DNA from: an uncultured Gammaproteobacteria bacterium
GTDB lineage: Bacteria; Pseudomonadota; Gammaproteobacteria; Coxiellales; Coxiellaceae
DNA: 64,000 bases
Direction: 5' to 3'
Assembly (NCBI GenBank): GCA_963711375.1
Contig: CAVQDV010000002.1
Span: 12,649-76,648, forward strand
In this document: positions 59,931 through 64,000 of the stretch, piece after piece
Numbering within the stretch: position 1 is the stretch's first letter
Layout: every line of letters begins with the position of its first letter
The notes under the pieces: model-generated
What the model was told of the DNA's origin: nothing
Database searches by the model: none
What the model saw: the letters and a program-made list of their open reading frames with translations, nothing else
Translations under genes and position numbers: made by a program

Positions 59931-61512
59931 TATAATGCCAAATTACGAGGTCATCATTATCGGCGGTGGACCAACCGGGGTAGCATTAGGCATAGAGCTG
60001 GGTCTTCACGATATCAAGACATTAATTCTTGAAAAATATGCTTCTCCTTTAATCTCACCTCGTGCCCAACTAATCAATGCGAGATCAATGGAATTTTTCA
60101 TGCGCTGGAAGTTGGATTCTGTGCTAAAAGAAAAACAAATATCTTCGACGGCTTTTCCGAACCAAGGCGTCTGGTGCTCAAAATTGAACGGTGAAATCTA
60201 CGCCGTTAGCAGATCCAATGATTGCTTGCATGATGCTTTATCACCCCAAAGAAATGTTCGTATTCCCCTTTGGATTACTGAAACCGTACTGAGAAATAAA
60301 TTAAAGGATTTTTCATCAGTAACGTATTTGACGGAACATGAAGCGATGGATATTCATTTCGAAGAAAATCACGTTATTGTCAACGCAAAAAATAATGACA
60401 AGCTACACGTCTGTACATCAAAATTTTTAGTCGGTTGCGATGGGGTTAATAGCCTTGTACGAAAGAGAGCCGAAATTTCTTTCAAAAAGCTAGCGCCAAC
60501 AAAACGCGTGATCAGCATTGTATTTGAGGCTCCTGAAATTGAAAAAGTTATTACCGTGACAAAGGGAAGTCTTTTTTTTCTGATGGATAATGAATTCCCC
60601 AGTGCTATTGGTTCCATCGATCCCAATAAAGGACTTTGGTATGCGCAAATTATTTATACGGGCGATGCTAAGACGATTGAAGAAATCGACCTTGTTCAAC
60701 TGCTTGATGAGATATCCGGAGTTAATTTTCCTAAAAAAATTATTCGAGCCCATTTTTGGGATATGCAAATTCAACTGGCGGAACACTTTGCAAAGGATAA
60801 TCGTATTTTTTTAGTGGGTGATAGCGCACATGGATTTGTTCCGACGGGCGCACTTGGATTAAATACTGGTTTTGGGGACGTGGTAAATTTAGGATGGAAA
60901 TTAGCGGCTGTATTAAAGCATCAAACTCCAAAAAAAGCCCTTGGTACTTACCAAATCGAAAGACTTCCTATTTGTCTCCGTAATTTAGAAATAGCTCAAC
61001 GAAATGCTGACGAATTATCCTCAGTAAGAAAAAAATTCCCATCAAAGCAGGAAGCTGGGAACTTTGCAAAGGCTAATTCAGCGCTGGCAAAGCAATTTTC
61101 GAGATCCATAGGAGCGACAATGGGCTATGCCTATTTTAATTCCTTTTTTATTTGTTTGAATGAGGGCCAGGATACGACATCGATGCCGGATGGTGAGTAT
61201 CATTCAAAAGCAAGTCCCGGGTATTTTTTGCCGCATGTGGCGATTGATGAGCAGCAGTCGATTTATTGCGTCTTATCCCCGACAAACTGGACTTTGCTAG
61301 TTTCAGGAATGGCCGATTCAACCACCATAAACCGATGCAAAGAAAAATTTAGAAGGTATAATATCGAATTGGATATATTGAATTTGAGGGAAAATACGTA
61401 TCCTCCAAAATATCTTTTGATTAGGCCAGATTGGCATATTGCTTATGCCAAGGAAGACTTAAATGAAGATTTTTTTATTTTCATTGAAAACATTTTTGGT
61501 CAAGGGGAATAA
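59905..61512 (+). CDS. FAD-dependent aromatic-ring monooxygenase (PheA/TfdB-like)
   Basis: VIIIGGGPTGVALG, CDGVNSLVR, LVGDSAHGFVPTGALGLNTGFGDVVNLGWKL. The start may be 59923 or 59935. Confidence 0.8.
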   Translation: MAKKPCMNNIMPNYEVIIIGGGPTGVALGIELGLHDIKTLILEKYASPLISPRAQLINARSMEFFMRWKLDSVLKEKQISSTAFPNQGVWCSKLNGEIYAVSRSNDCLHDALSPQRNVRIPLWITETVLRNKLKDFSSVTYLTEHEAMDIHFEENHVIVNAKNNDKLHVCTSKFLVGCDGVNSLVRKRAEISFKKLAPTKRVISIVFEAPEIEKVITVTKGSLFFLMDNEFPSAIGSIDPNKGLWYAQIIYTGDAKTIEEIDLVQLLDEISGVNFPKKIIRAHFWDMQIQLAEHFAKDNRIFLVGDSAHGFVPTGALGLNTGFGDVVNLGWKLAAVLKHQTPKKALGTYQIERLPICLRNLEIAQRNADELSSVRKKFPSKQEAGNFAKANSALAKQFSRSIGATMGYAYFNSFFICLNEGQDTTSMPDGEYHSKASPGYFLPHVAIDEQQSIYCVLSPTNWTLLVSGMADSTTINRCKEKFRRYNIELDILNLRENTYPPKYLLIRPDWHIAYAKEDLNEDFFIFIENIFGQGE

Positions 61513-61865
61513 TGGAAACGATTGAAAACGAGTATTGTCTGAATTTCTTATATTCAGCATAATGCCTTACCCAGCGCCTACAATGCGCTTCATCTCTCTA
61601 AAAAATCAATACTCCCTTGGAGAATTGTTGATTCATTTGGAGTTAAATTCCGCTAAGTGAGTTTCTCTTGTGCTTTTTTAGAAAAAAGTTGAAGAAATTT
61701 GCAATAAAGGTTTAGGCGCTAGGCTTTTTTAATCCTAGTGTTACCATTCGGATGATCCATCATCCAAGAGTTTTTTAAAGCAATGAAAGGAATTGAATTT
61801 AATCTGTCATTCTGCCTCTTGCAGAAATTCAATTTTTACCTTAGATTAAAGATCCAATAAATTCT

Positions 61866-62867
61866 GTGGACAAGAAGATGAGAAAAGAATCGAAAAACCC
61901 CCTGCTGAAAATCCCTGAGACTGTCATAAACTATAGTGAGCTTGTGCCAGGCGATTTTTTACTTGTACGACATGATCCATTAGGAATTTTTAAACATATT
62001 TGTGTAGTGGCTGAGAGCCAATGCGACGGGGTTAATAATCGAATTCATGCGGCTGGTTTATCCAAAGTTACGGGTTTGATTGTTTCACCCATGTTTAGCC
62101 ATGAAGAGCTTAAGAAAGCCAACAGTACTGTAGCGGTTGTTAGAATTCTTGATGAAAAGATTCGCAAAAATTTTCTCGCGATTCTTGTAAATTGGGTTTC
62201 TTGGGCCGTTTCATATGATTTTAAACGCTTCAACAATTTATGTAATAAGCTTAGTGAATTTTATAACACTGAATTTAATCCTGAAACGAAAACTTGCCCT
62301 AATATGAATGAGATGCCTGTTGAAAAAATCAGCCATGCTCTTTCTGAATGCGCTAAACTTTTTCGTATTGAAGACGCTATCAAGTATGCGCAGAGAAGGG
62401 AGGTAAGTCCTATAAGACCTAAAGAAAATCTCAAAGATGAACGAGGTTTTTCTTGTAGTATGTCTATGATCGCTGCGTTGCAAGCAGCCTATGTGATGGA
62501 AAAAGTTACTCCCGTGAACGACAAGTGGTGCTCTAATAGGAATGTATTTTTTAAACCACCACCATTAGAGGAGGCACTCGAAAATCGCAAGGCTTCTTTA
62601 GAAGAATATAAAGATGAAAATGAATATAAAAATGTGCTGATAAATCTTATTCCAGAGGAACTTCGTCTACCGCCCAAGTTTACAGATTGTGATTTATTGA
62701 TGTGGAGTATTTATAAGGGGAATTCCTTAAAAATTCTTGGAAAATTTAGCGCTCCGGACGATCATTTATTCATTCATAAAAATGAAATGGAAGAAGAAAT
62801 CTTAAAGGCTAAGAAAACTGGCCAAGAGAAAAAAGAGGAATTCAGGGGGAAAGTATTTGGAAAATGA
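61866..62867 (+). CDS. Hypothetical protein (Lys/Glu-rich C-terminus)
   Basis: 333-aa ORF with a GTG start. No recognisable motif. Coding-like composition. Confidence 0.4.
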   Translation: MDKKMRKESKNPLLKIPETVINYSELVPGDFLLVRHDPLGIFKHICVVAESQCDGVNNRIHAAGLSKVTGLIVSPMFSHEELKKANSTVAVVRILDEKIRKNFLAILVNWVSWAVSYDFKRFNNLCNKLSEFYNTEFNPETKTCPNMNEMPVEKISHALSECAKLFRIEDAIKYAQRREVSPIRPKENLKDERGFSCSMSMIAALQAAYVMEKVTPVNDKWCSNRNVFFKPPPLEEALENRKASLEEYKDENEYKNVLINLIPEELRLPPKFTDCDLLMWSIYKGNSLKILGKFSAPDDHLFIHKNEMEEEILKAKKTGQEKKEEFRGKVFGK

Positions 62868-63376
62868 GGACCCTTGACGTAAAGAATAACACATGCGATA
62901 TTTCCAACCCTGATAAATCTGCATAATTTAGTGGCATAAAAATGAAGATTTTAACAAGAAAAGGCCCATGATTAAACTCAGTGATCTTGGGCTTAACATG
63001 CTGACAAATAATTTTTGTACTCTTGTGCCCTTAATTTATTGCAAAATCAGTCTTGCTGAAAAGAAACTGGATATTGGTTGGACATGGTTTGCCAAAAGTC
63101 ATCAGCGATCGCCACTTAATACCAATTGCAAGTTGCTTTTACCAAACCGCTGTTTTGCGATTGGGAGCAAATTTTGTTGTCGTTTGCAGCTGTTTCTCGC
63201 CCAAGAAAAATCCCAGCTAGATGGGGCGGTGAAGCAATTGCAAAGAACAATAGGTTGAAATGCAGATAGTTATCGGCATAATCAATGCATAAAATATTGA
63301 TCGATAAATGGGAACGTGGTAAAACCACATCAACTGTCAAAAGCAGCGTTAATATTCTTTTACTAATGGAGGATCG

Positions 63377-63676
63377 ATGAGATTATTTACAGACAGACAA
63401 AAAGAACGTGCCGCACTTGAAACCATACGAGACCAGAACACTCCAGAGCCTTTGAAAACCTATCAAAGCTGGGTCCGTGAAAACGATCACGACCTATATG
63501 TATTACATAATTTGTATGGATGGCCGAAAGTAGAGGCCAATGGATTCCTTGTGATAGGTAGCCGCATGATTTCAAAACTTCAGCAAGCAGAAGCATGGGG
63601 TAAGGCGTTTTCAAATAATACGTCTGTGGCAAATTCTGACGCAAATGCTGCTTCTACGTGGGTTCCCGGGCTATAG
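63377..63676 (+). CDS. Hypothetical protein
   Basis: 99-aa ORF with GGAGG 5 nt upstream of the ATG. Confidence 0.35.
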   Translation: MRLFTDRQKERAALETIRDQNTPEPLKTYQSWVRENDHDLYVLHNLYGWPKVEANGFLVIGSRMISKLQQAEAWGKAFSNNTSVANSDANAASTWVPGL

Positions 63677-63831
63677 AATTTTGTAGATTAAATTAAGGAA
63701 ATTGGGTAAACATGCGGGGAAATTGCAAAGTAGATCGGCGAAAAATATTTTTAAATCAGTTTGTGATAGCCATGTTGAGTTTGGCTGATACAGAAAAGGG
63801 GCAAATATGTAATTTGACCCAAAATGTGAAT

Positions 63832-64000
63832 TCACGTCAGCAACCACTGATACACTGGCAAGACCGTCACCGTTTGATGTTGCGAAAGCACAATAGTTTC
63901 AGTCTCATTCAGCGTCAAAATTAGGCCATTTTTAATGCCGAGTTCGGTCATTGCTGTCGTGAGTGCTGTTAATTCGCGTTGGCGCGTTTTTTCATTGGTT
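63832..64000 (-). CDS. 3' end of a DUF4143-type AAA ATPase gene (5' part lies beyond the window)
   Basis: The minus-strand translation ...NEKTRQRELTALTTAMTELGIKNGLILTLNETETIVLSQHQTVTVLPVYQWLLT* resembles the C-terminus of AAA_14/DUF4143 ATPases. Confidence 0.5.
   Translation of the reverse strand, partial: TNEKTRQRELTALTTAMTELGIKNGLILTLNETETIVLSQHQTVTVLPVYQWLLT

Noticed and set aside
62968-63340. ORFs 62968-3258 (+) and 63116-63340 (-); also a possible IS5-like transposase N-terminal fragment (…GIKWRSLMTFGKP… read across frames on the minus strand)
   Set aside because: The resemblance to the DUF4096 'WRxLPxxFG' region is short and needs frame-hopping. No IS ends were found, so I cannot support a call without a database search.
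63712-63924. 70-aa plus-strand ORF at the window end
   Set aside because: The opposite strand encodes a convincing DUF4143-ATPase C-terminus that runs off the window, so the plus-strand ORF is a shadow.

Overview
AT-rich, densely coded 64-kb accessory segment. It opens with a plasmid-type maintenance module: iteron array and AT-rich tract, parA, parB, a perfect 36-bp palindrome, then a rep initiator. After that comes a nested mobile/repeat hotspot. An IS110/IS1111-type element is inserted in a hairpin of a GC-rich palindromic element, and a second, inverted copy of that element carries a MITE-like insert. About 30 kb of mixed accessory genes follow: two methionine aminopeptidase paralogues, panE, several GNAT/NAT acetyltransferases and methyltransferases, SDR/AKR/Gfo oxidoreductases, hicAB, a CPT-like kinase, GST, a SET+ankyrin eukaryotic-like protein, a Fic protein, an AlaX-like editing protein, an avidin-like secreted protein and a YhhQ-like transporter. 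An IS1202-group (ISNCY) element with a 16-bp target duplication sits immediately upstream of a TPP-riboswitch-controlled thiC-thiO-thiS-thiG-thiDE operon, and thiC carries a 1-nt frameshift. Downstream is a tight nine-gene co-directional cluster at 45.3-55.5 kb: two CitE-like CoA-ester lyases, a quinone-oxidoreductase-like MDR, a short stand-alone MetRS, an SDR, an alpha-oxoamine synthase, a methyltransferase, a GMC oxidoreductase and a PaaK/F390-like ligase. I regard this cluster as the best candidate for an undescribed small-molecule pathway. The other top candidate is the IS1111-type element, whose 260-nt 3' non-coding arm may encode a guide (bridge/seek) RNA. The window ends with a polytopic membrane protein, a SulP transporter translationally coupled to an orphan RelB/DinJ-like antitoxin, a TraD-like remnant, an FAD monooxygenase and hypothetical genes. 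The gene content suggests a Legionellales-like intracellular bacterium, but that is inference only. All protein calls rest on motif recognition by eye; no database search or RNA folding was possible. No rRNA, tRNA or CRISPR array was seen.
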